64,000 nucleotides of DNA from a virus, in IMG/VR virus record IMGVR_UViG_3300028549_001826, one strand, 5' to 3'. The stretch's first letter is position 1. Every line of letters begins with the position of its first letter. Of this stretch, positions 51,101 through 59,096 are shown piece by piece. Below the pieces are notes generated by a model. The model saw only the letters and a program-made list of their open reading frames with translations, did not search any database and was not told the origin of the DNA. Position numbers and translations under genes: made by a program.

Positions 51101-53190
51101 CTAGCAATAACATCAAAACATATATGATCATATTTTAAAAGTTGTTCTAATTTAGATATAGCTCCTTCATACGCATTCACTATAAATTTTAATTTATAAT
51201 ATTTTGAGTCATTATAAGTTGATATATAACTAGCATAGGCGAACTCTGCACCATCTATTTCATCACTTTTAGTTTGAAGAAATAAAATAAAACGAACTGG
51301 TTCAAAATAAGTGCCAAGACTTGAAATAATTGCTTTGCTGTCAAAAGAACTTACTGTTGATGTTACTTTCTCACCAAGAGTTTCACCTATAAATAATTTA
51401 TTAGACTTTACTAATAGTTCATTATAAATTACATTATAAATGCCTCGTAATTCATCTAATTCTTTATTTAAAGAAATTTCAGCTTCGATTTTACTTTTCT
51501 TTAACTTTCTAATTAAATCATTTCTATTTGTATTTATAGTAACTACTTGATCTATAGTTTCTGTACCTTTAACCATTGGTGCAAACAATTGTTTTTCATC
51601 ATCTTCTAATAAAACTGTTTTAAATTTATTTTTATCAAGCACACTTCTATTTATAATTGTATTATTAAAAATATTTTTTTCATCCTTAATTACATCATAA
51701 ATAATAGTATTATAATCAACATTATTTAAATTTATAATTTTATCATTTATAGTTGGTTCAACCATAAAAAAATCTTTATCAGAAATACTTCCACCATAAG
51801 CTACAACTCTTTCTAAATTATTAATAATATTTTGATCAAATGGTTCATTTTTAACATCTGATTTATTTTTAATTAATAATTCTTTGAATACTATTTTATT
51901 ATGTTTGTCAATATCATCTAATAATTTTTTCCAAGCATCTTTATTTTTATACAATACTCTATCAACTAATAATTTATCAAAATCATCTTGTGTGCTAATT
52001 TCTACTTTTTCTGGAGGATTAAAAGTTACACCAAGTATTGTTAACAGACAGGTACATGATACTTTATTTCTAAGCATTATCATTTTGTTTAATGAATCTT
52101 CTCCAAAATAATAATCATTCATCATATCATCAATTTTTTTCAAATCAAATTTAGCATCACCCGGAATAGCTGACGAATTCTCTTTATCGTTTATTTTTTG
52201 TAATTCAATTACTTTTACTTTTATCTTTTTCAGATATTCAATCTGCTCTTCATTTATTTTTTTAATTTTATCTTCATCTTCTTGCGTCATAGTATTATTC
52301 AAACCAGACATCTCTGAATAAAGAGAATAATAGAAAGCAAGTGTATCCAAATTCATTCTATAATATACTTCAAGACTATTTATTTCTTTTTGAATATTAA
52401 ATTTAGTATTATTAAATTCAATTCTTTCACTAGTAGATACTTCTTTCTCATAATGTTTATTAAGTGCTTGAGGATCATAATTTACATAAGCATCTAATGA
52501 TTTCAAAGCGTTATTTATTTTATCTTGAGACTCTTTCAAATAAATATCATACTCGGGTTGATCTTCTCCAATAATTGGAGTACATGATTGTATTTTTTTA
52601 ATAATATTTTCTAGAGGATCTATTAATACATTTAAAATTGTACCATCCATTACCCAATCATAAAATGCTTCGAAGCCATTTAAGAAACTATATATAGGTT
52701 TTAAAAAATCATAACCTGCAGTTTTTAGCCAAGGATTACCAGGAACTGGTTTAATCGCACAATAATAAGCTTTAAATACAACATAACTATTAGCTGATTG
52801 TTCTGCTAATTTAATTAAAGTTGTACAAACTTCTTCTGTTACTGAATGTAATGGATCTCTAATATTACCATTATATTTTTCACCAAGAGAACAACAATTA
52901 AAATTTGTAATTAATTGTATAAATAAATTATTAAGTACTCTCATATCTTTATCAATTGTTTCAACTTTATCAAACACTCTCATACTTATTTCTGATTTTT
53001 TAACATCTAAAAAATTAAAATTTATATTACCTAAGTTACCAAAATTTATACTACAAGGAGGTAATCCTAAATTAGAAGTTGCTTCATTTAAAGCTTCGTT
53101 TGTTTTATCATTGTACTCTTGAAGTTTTTGATTTTTATCTATTGGAATAGTCGAATAATCTTGCTTAATTTTATCATACTGTGAAGCCAT
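48127..53190 (-). CDS. Giant virion protein with two C-terminal LamG/ConA-like domains
   Basis: 1687 aa; Cys-containing helical N-terminal half; SYIGGLP and FTLSVWF..WNC..SIGS..FEGLFGPITVY LamG signatures. Confidence 0.6.
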   Translation of the reverse strand: MASQYDKIKQDYSTIPIDKNQKLQEYNDKTNEALNEATSNLGLPPCSINFGNLGNINFNFLDVKKSEISMRVFDKVETIDKDMRVLNNLFIQLITNFNCCSLGEKYNGNIRDPLHSVTEEVCTTLIKLAEQSANSYVVFKAYYCAIKPVPGNPWLKTAGYDFLKPIYSFLNGFEAFYDWVMDGTILNVLIDPLENIIKKIQSCTPIIGEDQPEYDIYLKESQDKINNALKSLDAYVNYDPQALNKHYEKEVSTSERIEFNNTKFNIQKEINSLEVYYRMNLDTLAFYYSLYSEMSGLNNTMTQEDEDKIKKINEEQIEYLKKIKVKVIELQKINDKENSSAIPGDAKFDLKKIDDMMNDYYFGEDSLNKMIMLRNKVSCTCLLTILGVTFNPPEKVEISTQDDFDKLLVDRVLYKNKDAWKKLLDDIDKHNKIVFKELLIKNKSDVKNEPFDQNIINNLERVVAYGGSISDKDFFMVEPTINDKIINLNNVDYNTIIYDVIKDEKNIFNNTIINRSVLDKNKFKTVLLEDDEKQLFAPMVKGTETIDQVVTINTNRNDLIRKLKKSKIEAEISLNKELDELRGIYNVIYNELLVKSNKLFIGETLGEKVTSTVSSFDSKAIISSLGTYFEPVRFILFLQTKSDEIDGAEFAYASYISTYNDSKYYKLKFIVNAYEGAISKLEQLLKYDHICFDVIASNFDFACGCDILCKLIQWVVDIIVSAINALIKATISRLIQSIMNEKIAYIIKFILEKYQCFLDIKDIPIKLDTIKTRTQSLIETFEKDFESAPVLVCDQLKQKDVSEILSQSEYPYELDIAIPNGVKYVLPMKNFGDISESNIIENKVIVADGMSKNISGQISNANIPTITYDCNDVHYPYIALSTPSLKDSNSYDMNLIFKIGNIIDNAIVTENIKNIPTDVLDEVKLDTGEVVNIPSLVSITNLTETLKNIQSKVEELNNSKIFVENNCNTTESYLEFCSINNLNISELNFANHSSTGILETNQNTIYGSLTSKIVEEDNFKCYFPEHVDADKNGEVSLLKGKTYFEYKFKAYEKIIKPDTITIETIQSTYKEVVEYDNVVEKVVSPGTDGIKYIQIDNQEITYDYKDWVKDVDSETMGTLTKTTTIKHNIKKYFIKPNMEFIGKFVNSVNYLNIRCIFNLELDAEGEYDFSENYYTGRYPEYIVLGTFGSKSNLYSGVNNDELIISIPRDRLLLLSKNILKTNFMLAKSLSEEIKEQSVSNEVKKESETLCLIPDDQKQMLENIKLANNIISDDLNKLIDEADKITEASNYNIIIPESGILTNIPVELLKDVSKRSIMFLMLNEEKEIAIQIIDKKLQLHLPSNTYVKGADITIDHELVPGNVYNFTFSIQGNLITIKLLNESKEEFKATILNMFGYKLMPSYIGGLPQGFMPEGMHYACTLQIMNLVYSVKDKGYDFYKNSLLNTKPETSIVNFDYSIMDINNRIYNNTTTSNINITPSSTNKLSSANNVLFLLGLDKDKQKISGYGEVIKNDFFQVYKGMLDNFFCSNNLNGLSFTLSVWFYIDKKLSNLERHVIISDDINNNVVFYNSKTNQIVIKFGTVTKYISNINDEWNCIFIEKVNYEKKYRIILTSKNFNQRVEEIMETPINFNLMSIGSEFYPGLGYINLFEGLFGPITVYVEQSTDAEKLKTCANQYIQIKGLEKVLL

Positions 53191-54511
53191 GTTCCAACCT
53201 TTCTGTTACTACTTTTGTAACTGATTCTTTATAATTATTATCAGATGTTTGAATTCTACCTAATTTTTGTTGTATATCTGAACCAACACTTCTTGATAAA
53301 TTAAATGGTTTTATCATATTACCAATAGGTGAGGATGAACCAGGAACGGTTGATACTAATATACTATTTATTGAACCTGATATAGGATCAGTAGTAGATG
53401 TCCCCATACTTATACCCATATACGCTGCATATAAGCTTGCACTTAAGACTGTGTTCGTAGCAGTGCCTGATACAGCTAATGATTTTGCTGCACCTATATT
53501 ACTTAATATTGTTCCATCCATAAGCATTGTTGATGAATCTAATGCTAACGTTGTTGATGAAATTGTTCCCATCATTGACGTTAAATTCATAATTGGAGAA
53601 TTTGCATAAAAATTTGCTAGTGCAATTACTTCAACATTAGAACCTTTTATTGATGTATTTATTAAAGATTCTACTGATATATAAGCACCATTAATATGAA
53701 CAGAACCAAGAGGATCTGCTTCCATTTTAACATTATGTCCAACTAAATTTAAATTTGTATTTCCTGTTGCTTTTAAATCATTACTAAATAATTGTAAAGT
53801 TTCTGAACCAGTTATTTTAATATTATTACTTTTTATATATAAATTATCATTTGCTTCTAAATTTAATTTTTTTGTAAAAAAATTTACACCTGATTCTGTG
53901 ATAGATAATATGTTGTCTCCAACATTCATTGTTATACCACTTAAATCTACTCTAAATGTAACATTTCCTATATTATAAGTCATTCCATTTTTTTCAACTT
54001 CAAATCCACCATCTGATACAACTCCAGCTTGCGTCATTCCTTCTGTAACTTTTAACAATATTCTGGAATCATCCATTATAATATTAGTTTTACCATTAAG
54101 ATTTGATATATGTGTTTCACCAACACTATCATCTTGTAATATATATGATCCTCTAATTGTTTTATTTATTAGATATTGTTCATCTCTTAAAACAGGTTCT
54201 AATAACATAGGTGAGTTTGTTTTAATTCTATTTATATACGCACTATTAACGGATTCTGTTCTAAAACGAACATTTACATTCATGCCTTCTCTTAATGGGA
54301 AATATGATCCTGAACTTGAAACCATATTTGATTCAGGATTAGTCCATCTAGAGAGTACATTACCATTAACTTCATTCGTTGCCCAAAATGGTTTAATTTG
54401 ATGTTGTTGATTAGTATTTAACTCTGGTATAAATACTAAATATTTTCCTTGGGGATCATTTACATTATTCCCTTGAACTATTACTCCATCGTAATCTAAA
54501 TTTGGTTTCAT
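53174..54511 (-). CDS. Baseplate central spike (gp5/VgrG-like OB fold plus beta-helix)
   Basis: DPQGKY.VFIPEL..W..GSYFPLREGM.V.V.F OB-fold motif followed by beta-strand repeats. Confidence 0.75.
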   Translation of the reverse strand: MKPNLDYDGVIVQGNNVNDPQGKYLVFIPELNTNQQHQIKPFWATNEVNGNVLSRWTNPESNMVSSSGSYFPLREGMNVNVRFRTESVNSAYINRIKTNSPMLLEPVLRDEQYLINKTIRGSYILQDDSVGETHISNLNGKTNIIMDDSRILLKVTEGMTQAGVVSDGGFEVEKNGMTYNIGNVTFRVDLSGITMNVGDNILSITESGVNFFTKKLNLEANDNLYIKSNNIKITGSETLQLFSNDLKATGNTNLNLVGHNVKMEADPLGSVHINGAYISVESLINTSIKGSNVEVIALANFYANSPIMNLTSMMGTISSTTLALDSSTMLMDGTILSNIGAAKSLAVSGTATNTVLSASLYAAYMGISMGTSTTDPISGSINSILVSTVPGSSSPIGNMIKPFNLSRSVGSDIQQKLGRIQTSDNNYKESVTKVVTERLEHGFTV

Positions 54512-54538
54512 TTCTTATCCTTAATACTTAATTTGTAT

Positions 54539-54549
54539 TATATTTGTTA
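54539..54549 (-). promoter_or_regulatory. Candidate late promoter motif TAACAAATATA
   Basis: 28 nt upstream of the gp5-like start; identical to the motif before the capsid and gp26-like genes. Confidence 0.45.
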
Positions 54550-54591
54550 AAGAATGCGTATATAAATATAATTAATTGGCATAGTCTAAGA

Positions 54592-55998
54592 CTAAACCAA
54601 TTTATGAATATTTGTAATTATTTGTGATAATTGTTCTAAGTATTCGTCGAAATTCATAAGAATTTTATTGAATCTATTTGAACTAAAATTATTCTGATTT
54701 ACTTTTTTAAGTAAATTTTGACCCATAGCTTCACATATCGTTTTAGCAGTTTCTGGATCTTTAAATATATCAAGAAAATATTTATAATATTCTTTATAAA
54801 TCATTTCATTTATATATGATTTTAATATTTTCTTATTTGCTGGCTTATAAAAATTTGAATTTATTTTATACATCAATGACTGTGATCGAAAACTATTTTT
54901 TGTTAATTTTAAAAATTTTGAATAATAGAAATGATAATCTAGAATATTTATAGATTTTTTATAACTATAAATAAAATCAAAATAATTTATATCCATAAAT
55001 GATGTTGAATAATCATCCATCAAAAATTCAAAATTATGTTTCAAATATCTTTTGTTTTTCATCATATGTGATACAATTTGATTCTGAATCATCATTTGTG
55101 TAACATTTACACTATTAACATTTGATATAGTTTCATCTTCAAATAAAGCTTCTAGTTGTCTAAAATAACCAACTTTAACATTACTCAATTTTAAAGCATA
55201 GAAGCTAAAAATATTTTTATGAATAAGTGTTATATATGTACTAAAGATAGCTCTTATATAAATAGGATTAAAATTTTTGATAGCGGTAAATAATAAATAT
55301 CTTAAAATCTTTTCAACAATCTGGTCTTGATTTATCATTAATATACTATAATAAAATTGTCCAATTTTAGACTTATTATTATATTTAACAATCCATTGTT
55401 CTATAACAGAACGCAATGTTAATGTAAATTTTTCAATATCAGAATTGTTTGCGATAACATGCATCAACTCATATGAGAATAATTCGATACTTGTTTTGTA
55501 ACCACGGATACCTTTAATATCATTATTCTCGATAATAACATCAGCTCGTTGTTCAAGAATCTTGGTTAAGTAGTGATATGCAACTAATTTTAATTTATGA
55601 ATACCATCTTTAAACATTGTTAATTCAACTGTTTCGAATATATTATCAACAACTGTTTTTAATTTAGTATACTCTTCAGATTCTTCTCCATATTCTTTCA
55701 ACCACGCGTTTAATTCTTCTTCACAACTATTCTCAATAAGAGGACATATGAAATCGTATATTGATAAAAATAAATCATTGTCAAATTGTTTTGTATATGT
55801 TTTAAAATTGCTTAAAGTACTATTTCTTACGATAAGTCTTTCATTTAAACAAGTATCTAATTTTGCATTTATAAATGACTCAATCTTCTCATCAATACAA
55901 TATTTCTCCATAATACTTTTAATTAAACTCTCAACATCTTTTACAGAAACTTTTATTTTATTTTCTCGTTTTGTTCCGATCTCTTGTCTCTTAACCAT
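54592..55998 (-). CDS. Hypothetical helical protein
   Basis: 468-aa ORF with AAGG SD. Confidence 0.7.
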   Translation of the reverse strand: MVKRQEIGTKRENKIKVSVKDVESLIKSIMEKYCIDEKIESFINAKLDTCLNERLIVRNSTLSNFKTYTKQFDNDLFLSIYDFICPLIENSCEEELNAWLKEYGEESEEYTKLKTVVDNIFETVELTMFKDGIHKLKLVAYHYLTKILEQRADVIIENNDIKGIRGYKTSIELFSYELMHVIANNSDIEKFTLTLRSVIEQWIVKYNNKSKIGQFYYSILMINQDQIVEKILRYLLFTAIKNFNPIYIRAIFSTYITLIHKNIFSFYALKLSNVKVGYFRQLEALFEDETISNVNSVNVTQMMIQNQIVSHMMKNKRYLKHNFEFLMDDYSTSFMDINYFDFIYSYKKSINILDYHFYYSKFLKLTKNSFRSQSLMYKINSNFYKPANKKILKSYINEMIYKEYYKYFLDIFKDPETAKTICEAMGQNLLKKVNQNNFSSNRFNKILMNFDEYLEQLSQIITNIHKLV

Positions 55999-56012
55999 AA
56001 TATACCTTTATT

Positions 56013-56468
56013 TTAGAAATCCCAAGGAAATACAATCCAGGAATCATCAGTTATAGTGAATAAGCTGTAATCTACAGCACCGTGTCTTTTTTCAACAATA
56101 CAAAATGTTTTAAATTTCTCTAAATCAAAATGTTCTGCTAGTTCATATTTAAGTGTTTTAATAGTTAAACCAGTATCATATATATCATCAACTATTAAAA
56201 CTTTTTCAGCATTTTTAATTTTTTCTAAATCAAAATCATTAATAGAATCCAACTTAATAGAATGTTGTGTTCCACCTAAACAAGTATCTTCATAAGATTC
56301 GATTTTAACATTTACAATATCTTTGATATTTAATTTATATGCTAATAAACCAGCTGGCATTAAACCGCCTCTTGTTATACATATAATTAGATCGAAAACT
56401 TCATCTGTTTCAAAATGTTCAAATCTTTGTTTTACATCACTAAAATGTAATTTCATTTTATCAGCCAT
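56013..56468 (-). CDS. Purine (xanthine/hypoxanthine-guanine) phosphoribosyltransferase
   Basis: ICITRGGLMPA, VLIVDDIYDTGLT (PRPP loop) and WIVFPWD. Confidence 0.88.
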   Translation of the reverse strand: MADKMKLHFSDVKQRFEHFETDEVFDLIICITRGGLMPAGLLAYKLNIKDIVNVKIESYEDTCLGGTQHSIKLDSINDFDLEKIKNAEKVLIVDDIYDTGLTIKTLKYELAEHFDLEKFKTFCIVEKRHGAVDYSLFTITDDSWIVFPWDF

Positions 56469-56479
56469 AATAATTCCTT

Positions 56480-56971
56480 TTAAAATGTTGTTGGTCTAGC
56501 TATTGATCTAATAACTTGCATAAATCCAGTTTGTAAATTTAAAGTTCCAGTTGATAACCATTTACCATCTAAACCTAAATCATGAGCAGACATCTCTAAT
56601 TCAGAACAAAGTTCCCCAACTTTTACAGCTAGTTCCTTTGCTCTATTCATAAGATCTATCTCTTCTTGTGATAAATCTCTATAACCTTTAATCATCGTGT
56701 GTTGATCTTTCATATCAATTCCTTTTTTATTTAATGTTGCCCAAAAATTTGCCAATTTGAATAAATTTCTTTTGTTCGAATCTTCATAATATGTCCATAC
56801 ACCATCTGGAGCAACTAAACAACCATTTGATGTACCGTCTTCATTTCTAGATAAAGCTAAACCAAGGGGATGTAAAATATCAGTATTAATTTTCCAAATT
56901 AATCCTTTTTCGCTTAAGGTATTAAAATCAATACATCGTTTTTCATCTACTACTGTAGATGTAGCTTTCAT
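56480..56971 (-). CDS. acb2: Two-domain protein: small phage domain plus Acb2 anti-CBASS cyclic-nucleotide sponge (internal start at 56713)
   Basis: QHTMIKGYRDLSQEEIDLMNRAKE...WLSTG..LQTGFM..IRSIARPTTF closely matches Acb2 as I recall it; AAGGA-N6-ATG precedes this domain. Confidence 0.85.
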   Translation of the reverse strand: MKATSTVVDEKRCIDFNTLSEKGLIWKINTDILHPLGLALSRNEDGTSNGCLVAPDGVWTYYEDSNKRNLFKLANFWATLNKKGIDMKDQHTMIKGYRDLSQEEIDLMNRAKELAVKVGELCSELEMSAHDLGLDGKWLSTGTLNLQTGFMQVIRSIARPTTF

Positions 56972-57807
56972 AGCAAATCCCCACCTTTTGGAACTATAGT
57001 TCTTCCAATAAGTGCACCAGAGTTATCTGTACTCTCTTCATAATCTAATCTGATTTCAACACCAGGCACAAATGTTAAAGCTTCCGCAACTGCGAAACTA
57101 CCATCTGGATTTCTTTGTTGAGTTGTAACTTGTACAACACATCCAACACCAACATCCATTGCTTTTGTACTTTTCATCCAACCCTCATTCTCAGAAGATG
57201 CTTTTGAAATTAATTGAAATAAATCACCATTCCCAAAGAATTTTATATCTTTTACATTTTTTGTTGCCCCATTTGCATCCGTATTTCCTAATGTTTTACC
57301 CATTTTTGATCCTTGTTTATCTGATGAACTATTTTTAAAATCTTCGAAAAAACTTGGCTTCAATGAAATCACTGAAGCTTGATTATCTTCTATAATTACC
57401 AATTCGCATATACCATAATTAATAAATAATTTTTCTCTTACATTGCTATATTTTTGATCATTATTCAAACCATGTATAAATTCTAATAGATTTGTAATAT
57501 CAAATTGTTTTGAAACAAATCTCCAAATATATCTTTTAGAATCTTCTACTATCAAATTATTATTTATAAAAATCATAACATCATATGAATAATTTCCATT
57601 TTCATCTTCAGGATGAACTTTTGTTATAATTGCTGGTATATTATCTGATTCACCATCAGATAATGTGATTAATTGACCTTTTAAAAAATTAAATTTATCA
57701 TTAAACGATTTAATAACTATATCAATATTTCCAATATTTTTATTATAATTTTCTAAATCACAATTTCTTTCTAAAATTGATAATATACTAAATTTCTTTA
57801 CTAACAT
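56968..57807 (-). CDS. Two-domain hypothetical protein with conserved small C-terminal phage domain (internal start at 57303)
   Basis: GWMKSTKAM..GCVVQVTTQQRNPDGS..AEALTFVPG; AAGGA-N6-ATG at the domain boundary. Confidence 0.65.
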   Translation of the reverse strand: MLVKKFSILSILERNCDLENYNKNIGNIDIVIKSFNDKFNFLKGQLITLSDGESDNIPAIITKVHPEDENGNYSYDVMIFINNNLIVEDSKRYIWRFVSKQFDITNLLEFIHGLNNDQKYSNVREKLFINYGICELVIIEDNQASVISLKPSFFEDFKNSSSDKQGSKMGKTLGNTDANGATKNVKDIKFFGNGDLFQLISKASSENEGWMKSTKAMDVGVGCVVQVTTQQRNPDGSFAVAEALTFVPGVEIRLDYEESTDNSGALIGRTIVPKGGDLL

Positions 57808-57816
57808 TTTATTCTC

Positions 57817-58011
57817 CTAGTTGGCTTTTTTAGTTTTTCTTTTTTCGATAGCTGATCTAAGCATAACACTTAGTCCATCAAAAAAGACATTTAGAACCGC
57901 CCACAAAATTATAGGAAATAGTGTTGTTAACCAACCTATATCAGCAACTCCTATTATCTTTAAAGCAATCAACATCGCTGTTAAAACTATACATATATTT
58001 TTAAAACTCAT
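57817..58011 (-). CDS. Small two-TM membrane protein
   Basis: LIALKIIGVADIGWLTTLFPIILW, a common small phage membrane pattern. Confidence 0.7.
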   Translation of the reverse strand: MSFKNICIVLTAMLIALKIIGVADIGWLTTLFPIILWAVLNVFFDGLSVMLRSAIEKRKTKKAN

Positions 58012-58041
58012 TTTAGTTTCCTTTTAAATTATTTGATGATT

Positions 58042-59070
58042 TTAAAAATCATCAAAATCTAGTGAACCTTTTGAATAGTTCACAACATTGCCTTCAAAGA
58101 AATTTACTCGTTGATCATTAAACGACGCATATCCGTCAACCCATGGAATAGGATGTTTAGAATTATACATAGCTTTATAACCAACAGCTTCAAGTCTTTG
58201 ATCTGCAAGATACTCTATATATTGTCTAATAATTTTATCAGTAAATCCAAGAATTTGTCCTTGTGTAATATATTCACCCCATGATGCTTCGAGATCAACT
58301 GCTTTTCTAAACATATCTCTAACTTGTTCTTCTAACTCCGCTGTAAATAATTCAGGTCTCTCTTTTCTTACACTATTAATCATATTTTGAAACATTAATA
58401 AATGTGTTACTTCATCTCTTTGAATGAATCTAATCATTTGAGAAGAACCTAACATTTTTCCAGATTTCCCAAGTGCATATATTGCAGCAAATCCAGAATA
58501 GAAATAAATTCCTTCTAAAATTTGATTTGCAAATAAAGCTAAAAGAATTTTTTCATCAGTTACTTTACCACTTAGGTTTTTATAAACACCTGCTATAAAA
58601 TTATTCTTTTCTTTGAGTTTTATATCTGTTTTCCACATATCATAAATCATATCAGTATTATCAGAAATTGATTCAACCATAACCGCGTATGATTTACTAT
58701 GATTTGCCTCTTCATAGCTTTGACGAGAGAGACAAGCATTTATTTCAGGTGCTGTAATATATGGGTTAATATTGTCCATCAAGTTATTAGTTTGCAATGA
58801 ATCCATAAAGATAAGTTGAGATAACACTAGGTCATACATTCTTTTTTCTGGCTCTGTTAAATATTTATAATCTTTTGCATCATTAGTCATTTGTACTTCT
58901 CGTGGAAACCAAGTATTAGCTTCCATCATATCCCAAAGTCTTGTAGCCCATTCATATTTACATCTTGTAAAATTTATCATCCCATCTGGATCTCCACCAA
59001 ATATTCTTCTATCATTTAGATTTTCTTTTGAGTCTGGATTGTATATAGTTTTCTTTTCTATATTCGACAT
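58042..59070 (-). CDS. nrdB: Ribonucleotide reductase class Ia beta subunit
   Basis: [25 protein letters not shown] and RDEVTH diiron ligands; NFFEG...Y C-terminus. Confidence 0.97.
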   Translation of the reverse strand: MSNIEKKTIYNPDSKENLNDRRIFGGDPDGMINFTRCKYEWATRLWDMMEANTWFPREVQMTNDAKDYKYLTEPEKRMYDLVLSQLIFMDSLQTNNLMDNINPYITAPEINACLSRQSYEEANHSKSYAVMVESISDNTDMIYDMWKTDIKLKEKNNFIAGVYKNLSGKVTDEKILLALFANQILEGIYFYSGFAAIYALGKSGKMLGSSQMIRFIQRDEVTHLLMFQNMINSVRKERPELFTAELEEQVRDMFRKAVDLEASWGEYITQGQILGFTDKIIRQYIEYLADQRLEAVGYKAMYNSKHPIPWVDGYASFNDQRVNFFEGNVVNYSKGSLDFDDF

Positions 59071-59096
59071 AGTTTATTCCTTTTAAAAAGGGTGTC

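Noticed and set aside
48127-53190. Tape measure protein call for the 1687-aa ORF
   Set aside because: It lacks the Ala/Gly-rich periodic repeats and has globular LamG-like domains; its position next to the spike and PAAR genes fits a baseplate component better.
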